A DNA stretch of 58,534 nucleotides, the filler included, from Sphacelaria rigidula (lineage: Eukaryota), in NCBI GenBank assembly GCA_964200075.2. It is 2 parts of 2 records of this genome, joined end to end, with 100 filler letters (N's around TTAATTAATTAA, not from the genome) between each part and the next. Parts side by side here need not be neighbours in the genome. Positions count along the whole stretch, not along the records: positions 1 to 29,245 come from CAXNAA020000085.1; positions 29,346 to 58,534 come from CAXNAA020000086.1. One strand, given 5' to 3'. The notes under the pieces were generated by a model. It was not told where the DNA came from. It did no database searches and saw only the letters and a program-made list of their open reading frames with translations. Position 1 is the first letter of the stretch. Every line of letters begins with the position of its first letter. Below, piece by piece: positions 23,901-36,100 of the stretch. The translations under genes and the position numbers were made by a program.

Positions 23901-25625
23901 CAGCAGATAATTTTGAGTGTTCGAATTTAGGATATTTTAAATGTTGAGGCCAACTTTTAAAAGAGCCGTTCGAAATTCCTGTCGAAAACTGCTGTTAGGG
24001 CCTCCCTCCATCGATTCACGCCCGAAAAGAGGGCTACACGGATGTTGACGCCTTGGAATGATTTGCTCTTCTCGTTGAGTCCGTTTTAGGGCAACTCTGC
24101 ATCTCCCGCTGGTCGCACTTCTGTTTCTGGCCAAATGAGGCCAAAACATGGATTTTCAGTAAATAACGGTCAGGTGTTCAAAATTTCCTCCCCGTTTGTT
24201 ACTGAAAATCCGTCTTCGGGCGCAGATGAAAGTGCGACCAGCGGGGAATGCAAAGTTGCCCTGGAGTGGCCGCAATGAGTAGAGCAATTCATTCCAAGGC
24301 GTCAACAGCCGCCCAGCCCTTTTTTCAGGCGTAAAACGACGGAGAAGGGCCAGAAAGGCAGGTTTCGACTGGAATTTTGAACGGCTCCCGTTAGAGCCGG
24401 TCTCAAATTTACAAGTCTGTGTGGATGCTACATCATCACTTGTTTATGATGTATAGAGGGGCCTTCGCTTGTGTAGCTTCGCCGGTTGTTTCGTCGTCAT
24501 TCGTAAGAAGGAGGCGGCCTCACGGTTCTGCGTACGCCACCTGTGACAAACGCGCTTTTGACGGGGGTCCAACCCTCATCTGCGTCCGATTCACGGCAGG
24601 TCTTCATTTTACACACGGCAGTCCGCCCGCAGACGAATACCTCTCACGTAAAGTCAGCGTATTTGAATCACTACATCGATTGCCTCAAGGGCGGCTTCAC
24701 GCCCTTCGTCACTCAGTTGGCCAATGCTGTGCAAATTTTTGGGCCAATCGATCCACGAAGCGTCGAGAACGGCGCTTCTTGTCCGCCTGAACTCACCTGT
24801 TGTAGCGTTGGACCCTGCAGTCAATTTTGAAGCACTTCGTATGCCGTGTGGTCGTTGATGTTGTTCACATCAAGGCGGAATTTGCGCAACATTCATGACG
24901 CTGTACTGCCCGTACTTTGATTATTGTTTTTTACGGGTATAGCGCCTTTCATGCTCGTTTGTCCTCTCCAATCTCCACACGAACCGGTTCGCATGGAAAC
25001 GTGCGGCTACTGTGAACTAAAGTCGGATCCTCTGCGCGTCACTTGTATGTTTGGTGCGCATGGCCACAGCTTGTATCGGCATCCAGAGACAAAAGTCAGC
25101 GCAGGTACAGCATGGCCGCAATACTACACAACGAGCGCACACTAGTCTAGTCCGGGGCATACAGTACAGAATAGGTGCTCTCACGGGCGAGCTGGCGCAC
25201 CATATGAGATTGGAGACTGCAGCAGCAGCTACAAATGCTGCAAGCTCCCACTACGGAACTCAAACTCAACGATAAGGAAGCGAGTCAAGTATGATGTCAC
25301 CTGTCCACATGTTGTTCTGTGCTGTACCGTGCGTGCATGGCACACCGCAATAACGGCACGTGCGCATACCCAACCGAGCACTGCAACAGGGAACAGAGTA
25401 CGCCACCATAGGTGACGCCCTGCAATCAAGGCGAACCCTACCGCCTCTCCTGCCATTCACGAAGACGCCTGTTCCGACAAACGCCACTATGTTTCTCAGG
25501 CGCACCTTGCCTCCGGTGCGCGCAACATGTTCATCCAGCAATTTCTTCGAGTTCACGGCGCTCTCAAGCTCCCTAGCGGCCAGCGCCGACGCGGGCGCTT
25601 TGGATTCCCCCTCGGTGGTAGACAT
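8901..25625 (-). CDS. QARS: Glutaminyl-tRNA synthetase (class Ib), 15 exons, 676 aa
   Basis: Manually spliced exons, all GT-AG and phase-consistent: 25506-25625, 23023-23158, 22331-22371, 20867-20971, 19009-19143, 16110-16220, 15387-15481, 14659-14794, 13032-13183, 12471-12570, 11549-11716, 10750-11037, 10005-10094, 9430-9564, 8901-9119 (2031 nt). The translation has the GlnRS signatures [17 protein letters not shown] (HIGH), [38 protein letters not shown] (KMSKS equivalent), [14 protein letters not shown] and [18 protein letters not shown]. Confidence 0.96.
14356..14435 (+). repeat. Short dispersed repeat family C (poly-G followed by cgtactcatttg..gaccacgcatccctttcgagac)
   Basis: Further copies at ~34618-34676 and ~46286-46365, a diverged inverted copy at ~44775-44838 and a partial copy at ~45725-45760. 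Confidence 0.75.
16645..16726 (-). ncRNA. Box C/D snoRNA candidate, copy 1 (intron 5 of GlnRS)
   Basis: The minus strand reads gggatgagc-a-ATGAGGA(box C)...GTGAGCC...GCAGAAACTTGA-c-CTGA(box D)-gcttaccc. It has a terminal stem and is in the same sense as the host gene. The guide is complementary to UCAAGUUUCUGC, recalled as stramenopile 18S rRNA. Confidence 0.8.
17811..17883 (-). ncRNA. Box C/D snoRNA candidate, copy 2 (intron 5 of GlnRS)
   Basis: The minus strand reads aagc-a-ATGAGGA...ATGATCC...GCAGAAACTTGA-c-CTGA-gctt, with an AAGC/GCTT terminal stem. The guide is identical to copy 1. Confidence 0.8.
17996..18087 (-). ncRNA. Possible H/ACA snoRNA between C/D copies 2 and 3
   Basis: Minus strand order: hairpin (tcaacagc/gctgttgg), ACAAAA (ANANNA H box), hairpin (cgtaggg-ttcg-ctttacg), ACA plus 3 nt. 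Pocket-to-box spacing is slightly short. Confidence 0.3.
18312..18388 (-). ncRNA. Box C/D snoRNA candidate, copy 3 (intron 5 of GlnRS), degenerate box C
   Basis: The minus strand reads ggaaggc-g-AGGAGGA...GTGATCC...GCAGAAACTTGA-c-CTGA-gctttct. The terminal stem is kept with different bases, and the guide is identical to copies 1 and 2. Confidence 0.7.
22792..22963 (+). repeat. Diverged ~95-bp tandem duplication in GlnRS intron 2
   Basis: tgtaccgcctacggtatcgac..agttctcac..tacgcac is repeated as tgtactgcctaccgtatcgac..agttctcac..tacgcac. Confidence 0.6.
23938..24410. mobile_element. Diverged palindromic MITE-like element in intron 1 of GlnRS
   Basis: Inverted arm pairs gagccgttcgaaattcc/ggaattttgaacggctc, tgttgacgccttggaatga/tcattccaaggcgtcaaca, ccgctggtcgcactt/aagtgcgaccagcgg and ggattttcagtaa/ttactgaaaatcc. 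Confidence 0.75.
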
Positions 25626-27548
25626 GTTGTTTGACAGTCAGTGGGTCAGGGCGGCAGCAGACGCTCTCCACAAGCCTCCTAGTTCATGACTATCTAAGGA
25701 TGTTTACGAGATTCAAACCCTACATAGTCATACTTCAATATATCGTTGTAAATAAATGTCATGCAAACGATTGCGGACACACGGTTAAGAGTGATTACTA
25801 AATTGTCATAATCTCGCTTTCAGCGTCGCTTTTCGTCTTACAGTAACATTGTTCTGGCTCAGCCTGCGGAGGTTTTGGAGCGAGCTGAAATAGAGCCAGA
25901 TCCAAGTGAGTGGTACTATGCTGTGAAGGCAAGACAGATTTCGTCCGAGATAGTGTTTTGACGATTTGCAGCAGTGCCTTGATATATTCGCATATCGGAA
26001 CAATATGTTCGTGCGGCAGATCACGTGGGAGATGTGAAATGTGGCATGCCCGTTACGGCTCGGGCTGCTTGCTCTAGAGTGAAGTACCAGAGCTAACGAG
26101 AAGCTAGAGACTACTAGCATTCCAAACGCTAGGGTATAACCACTTCATTCTGTCAAAGACTGTGAGAGTCCGGCCTTGTCGTGCTGAGATTTCAACGTCT
26201 GTACGTCGGCTGACCTGCAAGAAAGATCGCTGTAGCAACTACCCCGGCACCTGTGACCATACAAGCGAAACCACACCTTCGAACTGTCGGCACGACATCC
26301 AAACACTGGTCCGTGAAATAGCTTGATTGAGCGATTGTACGTCGCCCCCTTTGCAACAGACGGGGTGCAGTACAGTAGGGTTGAGTCGTGACCTCTTCTA
26401 TACACCCCTTCTAGGTCTGCGCCTACTTGCGAGTCGGTGCGACAGCCTGTGGGCCATTCGCATTCTTGTTCTCGATACAAAAGCAGCGGAGCGTTTGCAC
26501 AGCGGTTGCGGTATCTTTAGGACCTACCCCGTAACGACCAGCCCCCGGTGGCGTTTGTGGGCTGTCAGTAGCGCGCTTTGTGATGTTATGGCCTCTTGCT
26601 ACGCCACGCCTCCTTGTCTCCCAATCCATCGTCTCAGAGCCACCGCTTGTGCTCCATGTAAATCAAATAATGCAAGGACACATGAGCGGCGAAATGCCAA
26701 GGCCTGGCTCTTCCAGCATTGCAAGCTAACCAACCCTTCGAGGCGGTCAAAGGGTCAACTTCGGAGTATCGCACATCTCGTAGATATAGGCAGGTCATTC
26801 ACCGTTGCATCATAAACAATCCCTTATTTGTGCCTGAGCAGTCCTTCTTTCTTCCGGTGGACTATGACAAACAGATTCATGCGCAGTAGACCAGCTCAGT
26901 AGAGGTTACCACTCGGTGATTTATTGGACCGACAGGGTTTTCGTCTTGACACCGAAATCCGGATCTTTCATAGAGGCTGTGCTCCTAACGTGCTCCTCAT
27001 GGCCTGCGCAGAACGCGTTTTTGTCTAAATCGACGCATGAGAATTAAGGTTGGGTTCAGAGTCATTTGAAGTCATGGATTTCCCAGAAAGTTCTCACCCC
27101 TACATTGTATACAGTAGACTCGGCTGGCTCCATGTAACCAGGGCCGCCGATGTTGGAATTGCATTACAAGTGTGGTGTAGTACTGTGATCGGAAATTGTG
27201 GCAGCACAGTACCTTAACCCTTGTGGAACCGTTAATAGAAAAACGACGATCTACAATTGACGTTTCCTGAGGAAATATATGGTTGTTATTTTTCTTCAAC
27301 TGCTGATGATAGCCCACCGAAACGGTGCACCACTCCAACCTCAAGTATACTAATGTGACAGATTCGTCCACCGCACTCGAAGTGACGCAAACTCGCATAT
27401 GGGAGTTTGCACTGTTTTTCTTGAGTTCCAAAAGGGTTAGTATATAGTGAATCCAACTCACCTAGACTTGTGTCAGATTCCACGCATGATACTACTGTAA
27501 AACTGGAGGCTTTGCTGTTTGTAGGAGTGGATCGAGAATGGAGGCCCG

Positions 27549-27722
27549 AGGTCGTGACATATGGAGACCAAGATGAGAAGCGGGAAAAGGAACAAGCGTC
27601 GAAAAGCAGCATGTTGATCGACCGCCGGGCTGGTCTATGGTTGCGGCGACTAATCAACATGCAGCTTTCGGACGCTTGTTCCTTTTCCTGCTTCTGTTTT
27701 TGGTCCCGATAAGACACGACCT
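27549..27722 (+). ncRNA. Long imperfect fold-back, pre-miRNA-like hairpin
   Basis: AGGTCGTG...GAAGCGGGAAAAGGAACAAGCGTC...GCATGTTGAT...CGCCG pairs with CGGCG...ATCAACATGC...GACGCTTGTTCCTTTTCCTGCTTC...CACGACCT. Several deviations are G.U wobbles on the + strand only. No other copy was noticed in the window. Confidence 0.55.
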
Positions 27723-29245
27723 GAGAAAGCCTGAGTCACCGCGAAGACTCAGACAATCCTTTATGGTAACGAATCTCGACTTTTTTTAACTCCCGATTTC
27801 TTCAAAATCGAGGAGAATTATATTCGCGGACTCAAAATCGGGGGGGGGGGGCGTTTTATGGTACAGTCAGTGTCACGGATTTTTGAAACAGTGTTATACA
27901 CATCCATTTTGTGCATGAGTGTGGTATTGCGTACTTGTTCATGAAGCCGAAGGGTAGGCAGACGGTGAACGATCCTTCGAGTATAGTATCGTACCTTGCT
28001 ACCCAAGGGTAATACAGGTCAGGACACTCGATCATTACAGTACACGATAATGCCGTGCGGTAGTACTGTACATCATGGCACAGTCGGTATTGCGAAAACA
28101 GTGAAGAAACAGTGCGCGAGAACAGTTCAGTAGTGTAGTGCCATACATCACCCTGCAAATATACCGACAACAGACTGGGAGGGTACAGTACCGTGCGTTA
28201 TAGTGATACATATGGCAGCGCAGTGCAGCATAAAATATTACCATCGCCGCAGGATACAACGTCAACACTTATTTTCCGCTTGTCAAACCCCGTGTGAAGT
28301 TGCTTCAGCAGCTGACGCGGGCTGGCATGCCCCGAGTGTCACGAGACTGTTTTCTGCTGCGGTTTCAAAAGTACCAAAATCCTCGTACCCCACCATTGTA
28401 CGTCAATACACGTACGTCACCTCCTCGAAATCGGGGGGAGTCACGATCTCGGAGCGATTTCCCCCGATTTTTTCGAAATATCGGGGGGAATCGTTCTGAG
28501 ATCATGGCACTCCGATTCTTTCTCCCCTATTTGGTCTAAATCGGGGCCCATTAACCCTTTGGGGACTGGACCTTCACTAACACAGGGTTGACCCTGCGTT
28601 AGTGGAATAATAAAAAGTGAGTCAGGGAGCGACCTGCCCAATCACGGCGAGGCAAAATTCATCGACCAGACCCGAACGACCAGCGCGGGGATTGTTATCG
28701 AGTGTGATGCCACTGCAAAGATCGCGTGGGCACCCTATCCCTGGCCCAGATAAGCCTCCCCAGCTTTCCAAGTTTTTATGGTATTACTTGCATTCCGTAT
28801 ACCGTTCCCGAGTTTCCCGGAGTGTTTTTTGGGTCTCAATTTTATACTGAAACGTAGCAATTTTCACTATCAAAGAGTGGACCGGAAAAAACCGGGAAGG
28901 ACTTTACATGCCACAATGTGGTCATTTCCACGAGGCACAAAATCCAGGTGGGCTGTAGAAAGACAACAGGAGCTACCGTCATGAATTCCGCGTATTCCTC
29001 TAGCGATGACTTGCAGTGTGCAGTCCACATGTATGTAGTGGACGGGGATGACGAAGCTGTGTATAGGCAGCTGATTTCGGTAGCCAAGAACTGCCCAGAA
29101 CGTGCAAGGAAGTACGCAGCGGCAGCTGCTGCTTCAGTCGGAGAGGCGTACTACACTGTACTGTACTATATTGTTGTATGCATGCGCGCCGTAACGCTGA
29201 TACCCTTCGAAGAGAATTTGCCGCATGCAACAAGGGGGGAAATGG

Positions 29246-29345
29246 NNNNNNNNNNNNNNNNNNNNNNNNNNNNNNNNNNNNNNNNNNNNTTAATTAATTA
29301 ANNNNNNNNNNNNNNNNNNNNNNNNNNNNNNNNNNNNNNNNNNNN
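29246..29345. other. Assembly linker N44-TTAATTAATTAA-N44 (artificial contig join)
   Basis: A 100-nt block with a six-frame stop spacer centred in N runs. A separate 10-N gap lies at 34677-34686. Confidence 0.95.
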
Positions 29346-29469
29346 CTCGTATAGGGTCTTGAAATGTGCGACCATTCCGTTACAGTCCCAGCAAGGTATC
29401 GAGCCCTCTTTCAAATAATCCAGCATCAGGTGCAGTACTGGGCGCCTAACCTATTTATTTGCAACATTC

Positions 29470-29960
29470 TCGTAACTTGCAATCAGATTAGATTCTTCCT
29501 CTTGCCATCGCTCATCACATGGAGGATCTGAAGATACTTGCATCCGCTCCACATTCAAACAAAAACCATACGCACTCCATGTTGAGTGAAATACGGGCTG
29601 GTCGATCATCGGGGGTCCTGCTACGTTCAAGCCCAGATTATGATTCTTTAAAATGTTGGGTCGATGTAGCCTGTCCCGATAGTATTTGTGAGGAAGTTTA
29701 CATGATTGTTTTCTTCACCTTCACCTACTCATTGCACTAGAGACGAATAACTGTGGTACACGGTCAATAGCCCTCTCCTGATGTAGGTTTATATTCGTAT
29801 CACTCGATGTGTCAACCAACACCAACTCGGGCACTGGGGTAAGGGGGAAGGGAGGAAGAGAGTAGGGAGGAGGGAGGAGGGGGGAGACGATCTCTTCACT
29901 CCACCAACATTTACCGAGGCGGGCGCTTTCGAGCTCTATCGTAGAGTAGTCGCGAGACAC
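29470..29960 (+). repeat. Dispersed degenerate repeat family B copy
   Basis: Colinear similarity to 41410-41860. Confidence 0.7.
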
Positions 29961-30104
29961 GACAGAGAGGGGTCGAGTACTGTTTTGTTCGGAAGGGTTC
30001 CTCTTTTCACTGGGTGTGGAAATACCCCATCTTCAGACGGTGTACACAACACAACTTCACAAAAAAAGACATTTCCGACAGCTACACTACGATCAAGAAC
30101 TCAC

Positions 30105-33100
30105 CAGTGAAGGGCAGCTCATCGTAGTACCCGCTACCGCTGCAGGTTCCATCCACCCACTCGAACGTGTAGTTGTCGCGGTACAGGGGGGACAGCCACA
30201 GGATGTGCATGGCCTTCTCGAACATGGGGTGAAGCACCCAGAAGATGGGATCCATTGGGCTGGCGCCCGTGGACATGTAGCCCACGGATCCCGGTTCGCA
30301 TCCGATCTTGATCAGGTAGCGCATCAGAAGTAGCGTCTGCTCGTCGCTTAATCGCACACCGCCCTGTGATTCCGATCGAGAGGCGGTACATCAAGGGCAA
30401 GGGCAAGAGAATCTGTGGAAACGACGTGGAACAAAGGCTCGATATTTCCGGCCATGATGAAAATTTTCCCCGCTCCTTCGCCACAAGTGACTCCTCCATA
30501 TTCCTGTTCGACCCGACTTGCTTTGATTCCGAGTATATTACAAATCACCAGCGGTACAGCCGGCCAAACACTGAGAAGAACTCGTGGTTGACAGAATGGT
30601 ATGACCCCCCTCGCATCAGGAGTGAGAAAAATGGCATCGAATTACAGGTAAGAGTCAAACAGAGACAGCAGCGAACGGCCACAAGACGGGCCACGAGAAA
30701 AAACGTGGAGAACCTCAGCTGAATCCGTCCCCCGCAGTCAGTTGTATCTGGGCTGCGTGATAACGTCGCACGGCTCCTTTCTCGAATCGTCTCGAGACGA
30801 CTCAAAACTCAAATAAGGTCTGATGACTTCTGCTCGCCTGCATGAAGCCGTACGGGTACTTCGCGTCCTCATCGAGGGTGATGTACTCGTCACCCGTGAA
30901 CTTGCTGATGGCAGCCTCCATGAAGAACTCGACGTACGAGTAAACCTGTTTGGAAACGACGCCGGATAATTAGACAAAAAGCAGTAGAGCAGAGGGCGAA
31001 AAATCAGAGTTGCGGAGGTATGGATAAAATGAACAACGAATGGAACGAATCAAGCAACACCGAATAGTCTTCGTCGTCGCGGTCTCCCATCCATTTCTGT
31101 CTTCATCGTGTTGGACCGTTCGCGGATCCGACGAGTAAAAATTCAACACAACGGATATATACCCCCGCCTTCCCTCTCCTGACAAAAACGCATGACCACT
31201 CTCGAATCAGTTCATCACATCCTGTATATTTTTTACTGTGAGTTGTTGACCTCGCCCGCTCGAGATCGCGGCTCTCAACCCTCGAGGTAGGTGCGGTCGT
31301 TTCGCACCGAGACGAGAAAACGTACCTCATCATCGGATATAGCAAACGCGTCGATGTGGCATGTGCAGCCGCATTTCTCCGTCTGACCCCTGGTGCAGGT
31401 TTCATCGCAGGTGTTGGCCGACGGTATGAATTCGTTCATGGGCCAGTAGTTGAAGGTGAGGTACTCCAGCACGAACGACAGCAGGCCGAGAGAATATTCC
31501 GGGTTGTCGTCCGAAAACTGTTTCATGTCGGTGTTACAGTTGAATCCGCCTCCCAACAGACCGTGCAGGTCGCCATGCACCTGATTAGTGTTTCATTGAC
31601 CGTTTGGTGGCGCACAGAGGGATGGGGAAAAGAGAAGGTGTGTTAGTGTACGGGCTGCAGATGACAAATATGTCGAATCACTCTGCGCCGGTCGTCGCGG
31701 TGGCTCAGTAGCCCACCTCGAAACTTTCTCGACATTTGGGGCGTGACTTCGAGTCGCCTGTAGAGGTCATCAGATTTGGGTTCTCACATCATCTCACGCT
31801 CAACACGGTGGAGAGAATTTATCGTACATTACACGAAGTTCCACTTCGGAGGTCGACGAGGGAAATAGACCGGCGAACAGTTCTCGCCATGAAAACAGTG
31901 ATCGAGATCAAAGGGCAGAGGTGGGGCGGAAAAAAATATCAACTCCTGTACTCATGTGACCTCGACCTTCCTCTCGTGTGTTTCCGACTGATGCGCCCGC
32001 ACGTACCGAACGGTGTAGACACCAGCACATTATCCAACATATATTTTATCGAGGGAGGGGGTGCGGTTAAAATTGGTCGGGTGGTTGATTCCGATGAACG
32101 CGGGTGACGAAAGGGTTGGGACGGGATCCGGTTATTCATAGGGGGAAGGGGGGATGGGGGGAAGGGGGGGGGGTTGTCGAAGGGCAAGACCAAAAAGAAA
32201 CACCTGCAACTGAATTTTGTCGGCGTGTCTGATCGGGCCTTGTGCGCGCGTGTATTTCAATTCAACCGAGTTGCAAAATGCGACTTTGATGGACTGATAT
32301 GCTGGCTCAGCTTTACGTGCCACGGCCCGTTTTGTTTCAAATCGTCAGACTGGGTTCGAAAATATCTCCGCAAAAGACGAGATCCCTCCGCACCTCCACG
32401 TTCTTCGAGGGGCTGTGCGGCACGAAGAGGATAAATACATGAAAGCAGCCTTTCAGTTATGAAACTGGTCCCACGATGTCGCCGCCAATATTTTGGTCAT
32501 GATCCATCCATGTTCAACACTCGTGGCACCTCACCTTCGTTTCCATGCAGGTCTCCCAGTCGTACAGGTTGTTCTCGTTCTCGAAGCAGGCAACGAAAGT
32601 CTCGGCGGTTGCAAAAGTAGCGTGAGAAGTCAGTCCGCAGTACGAGGTGGTCCTCGTCAACCGGGGGAGATCCTGTTTTCAGAATCAAGAATACGGTTTG
32701 CACCAGCTCGTCTTCATACAGACGGGATAACTAGTCCATATCATCTCGAGAAAAAAAAATGAGGAGGTGGAATGTTCACAATTCTCGTTACTGTTTTATC
32801 GACCGCACGTTTCGTCCGTCAGTACACCGAAGACGCGGGGACGTGCTTTCCTCGAGTAAATGATGAAGCTGACAATTTGCCTACCCTAATGTTCACCACC
32901 CACCCCAGGGCATACCGAAAGCCCTCCGGTAAGGAGGCTGCGAAGAGTGGCTGCCCCAGGCGGATGTGGGTTGGCAAGACAATAAATTCAGGGCTTTAGA
33001 CGTTACGTTCATCACGTCAAAAAAGTAACGTTCACGTCATGTTTCGGCCAAACCGGAACATGGACGTAACGTGTAACGCTACTGTATGTCACGTGTAGCG

Positions 33101-36100
33101 TTTTTTGTCCTGATTCAACGGGCACCTGTGACACCGATTTGGACAAGGAACGATATCTGCGCCACTCGAGATTCATAAATGCGTGTTCACACTCAGAAAC
33201 CTTTCAACCCTGAAGACAGCGAGAGTGGGTCGTATTTTAAATTGGCATCCATGACTTGAAAAAGTACGACCGATCCAGATACATCACCCCCCTCGACGTC
33301 CAGGGGCGAAACCATGAAGAAAATGTCGCCCAACTAAAACAAATCCTACTCGGTTCGTCCGGCGGGATTTTAATCGTTGTATGTGGTGAAAGCCCCGAAT
33401 ACAATAAACTCCGGACGCGAGACGTGAAACCATAGCGCGGGAGGTGGACATCACAAAACGTGATTCTATTCAACTCGTTTACCTGGTAGTTCCTGATTGA
33501 CGTGATGTAGCCGTAGGGATTGTGGTTGGGACGAACCCTACTGTCCACCAGCGTGTAATCCGGGTCGTATATGGTGGAGATGTTATCGAAACGGCCTTCA
33601 ACCATGAACGAGTTCTCCGGGTGGCCGAGTGCCGAACCGAACCAGTCGTCGTCGAACAAGACACTGTCGTACCATCTGCATTCCGTGTTGCGTTTTCAAT
33701 TGCACGTATGTATGATAGTCAGGCAAACGAGAAACAGGGGATGTAAACCTCGCTCAAGTCACGAGAAGGTATGATCGATGAAGAAGCGAGCGAGCACACA
33801 TTCTATCAACATCATCTCATTCGAGTTACATGGTACACTCAGGGTAACAATCATCGGAGAACGAGAGAGGCGGTTTCATTTCTTCCTCACTTGTCTCCCA
33901 TGGTCGCGGCTTCGATCATGAAATCCCAGATAGGGAGCGTAACCTTAGGGTCGATCATCTGCAGATATCGCTCCATCATCAAGTCGAAGGCTGCGTGAGA
34001 GGTGAGGAATTGCATTCCGTCGTGGTAGCAGTAGTCCGTGACCTGCGGCAGTACAAGTCAAGGAAAAAAAGTTCGGACGAACGATCGAGAACCATTGAGC
34101 ACTGGCTCCATAGAAGTCATGAGGGTGATGGGGGACGGACCGGCGGCCAAGCGGACAGCGCAACACCAACCTTTGTGTTTCATGTATGGTACATTACTGG
34201 ACCCTGCTGATGCCCCTCGCATTACGCAGAATTACCCTCCGACCGCCCAGCCCTGAGGCGGGTTTCAAGGGCAGGGGGGGAAGGGCGGTCTGAGAAAAAT
34301 ATTTTTGGTGGCCAAAACTAAAAAAATCCTCCGTCATTGTGTTTTATATTAGAAGGGGTCGTGAGTTCAATTTCTTCATCCATGAGCACATATTTTATGT
34401 CCGACACCTTTTCCGACAGCCCCCCCTCAAAACTGCATGGTTTTGGAAGGCAGAATCTCCAAGTCGAAATGGGAAAAGCCGAGCATAACGGGCAGCTGGG
34501 AATTCCCACGCTTGGATTCATTTTGGCCGATGTCGCCGATATGAGGAGCTTCATGCGGCCTGAACCCAAGCATCAGGCACTATATGGCCATTTTTCGTGA
34601 CACTCTTGGGCTGGGTTGGGGGGGAGGGGGGCGTACTCATTTGTTGCTTGCCTTAGTCATTTGACCATTGACCACGNNNNNNNNNNGGGGTGGTTGTTTT
34701 TTGGTTGTTGGTTTTTGTTTTTGGCCTTGTTCCTATCCCCCTTTTTCGGAGCGGCTACGGGTGGGGGGGGAGGGGGGGGGGCTATCGTACAAAGTTTCAT
34801 ATACACATACCTTGGAGTCGTGGTAAGCCGTAATGCGCTGGTAATTAAAGAACTTGGACCCGTACCGGGCCTGGCCGTCCTCGGTAGAGATGGTGAAGAA
34901 AATCTCCATGGCGCTGAAGAACGCCTCTCGATCCTCGTCCGTTAGATTTCGAATCTCACGCCTCACGTACTTGCACGTGACTTGGACTCTCGTGGAACTC
35001 ACCACCTCGCCTCCATCCCCCAACTGATCCACGACCAGCACATAGAGCGTGCCCGGTTTGGTCAGGGTTACAGTCGTGGACGAACCTGTTTTTTCGGGGT
35101 GGCGAGGGAGGTGCGTGTATGATGAGACACGGGGTGAGAGGGAGGGGGAAGGGGGCATTGTTGGGGTGGTGATCCTGCCGCCCCTGCCGACAAGGGATGC
35201 AGTGGACTATAGGAACATCACCGTCCTAAGCGCGCATGTATCAGCAAGAGGTGGTAAGTGATTTCGCATGAATCCTCCTCGGGAAAAAATACTCAGAGCG
35301 CATGCCTCAATTTCATGTGCCTGCTGATAATACAGTAGCGTTCAAACGACCCCCACCTCCATACAACCGTGGCACGGTACACATTTCCCCGCGCCCCGGT
35401 GGTGGAATGGTCCGATTGTCACGCCACCAGGCGGTGTATTCGTCCGACCGTCACACCATCATGGTTGAGGGGAGAATGTGGGTTCGACTCCCGACTTGTT
35501 AGGTTATTCTCCTTCGGAATTAATCACATTTCCACCGTCGAAAGCGTGGGGACACGGGAGTAAACAACATTTCGACATTACTTCGTTGGACGAGAGTTGA
35601 CGCGGTGCGGGAGTGACATCAATCATCCGATCCGCGACACCAAAATGTGAGGCACGTGCTGTACCGGGGGAGAGACCGGTTAATTTAGAGCGCGACTTGA
35701 GAAAAACACCAGCGCGCAGTACGCACCCCCTGTCGTGTCCAAGACGGCGCGAGGGTCCCTCAGCGGCTCTCCATACTCATTCGCCTCCACCATTCTCCAC
35801 TGGAATTTTGCGGCATCGTCAGCCCCCAACTCGGAGGAAGAGGAAGTCACGGTTAGAGTGGTCTCACGGAATGGCTCCAGCACCATTTCCAGGTCGTAGA
35901 GAGTTAGCGCCACCCTGTCAAACTCGCCGTACTCATTCGTTGCTCGAACCATCAGGGGCGGGTTCGCCTTGTCGGCTTCGTTCGCGTGCTCGCCTGCTCT
36001 GTGCACGGCTCTTGGTCCCCCAAAATTCGGCTTCGACGATCCCGACTGCCGTTATCAAGTCAGGCGGGAAAAGCACGAGAATAACATGTTCATTGGCCAA

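Noticed and set aside
27303-27335. CTGATGA..GAAAC hammerhead-like core on the + strand
   Set aside because: The intervening bases do not form stem II, and stems I and III are absent.
35470-35500. GGGTTCGACTCCC read as a tRNA gene
   Set aside because: It is an isolated T-arm/B-box motif with no cloverleaf.
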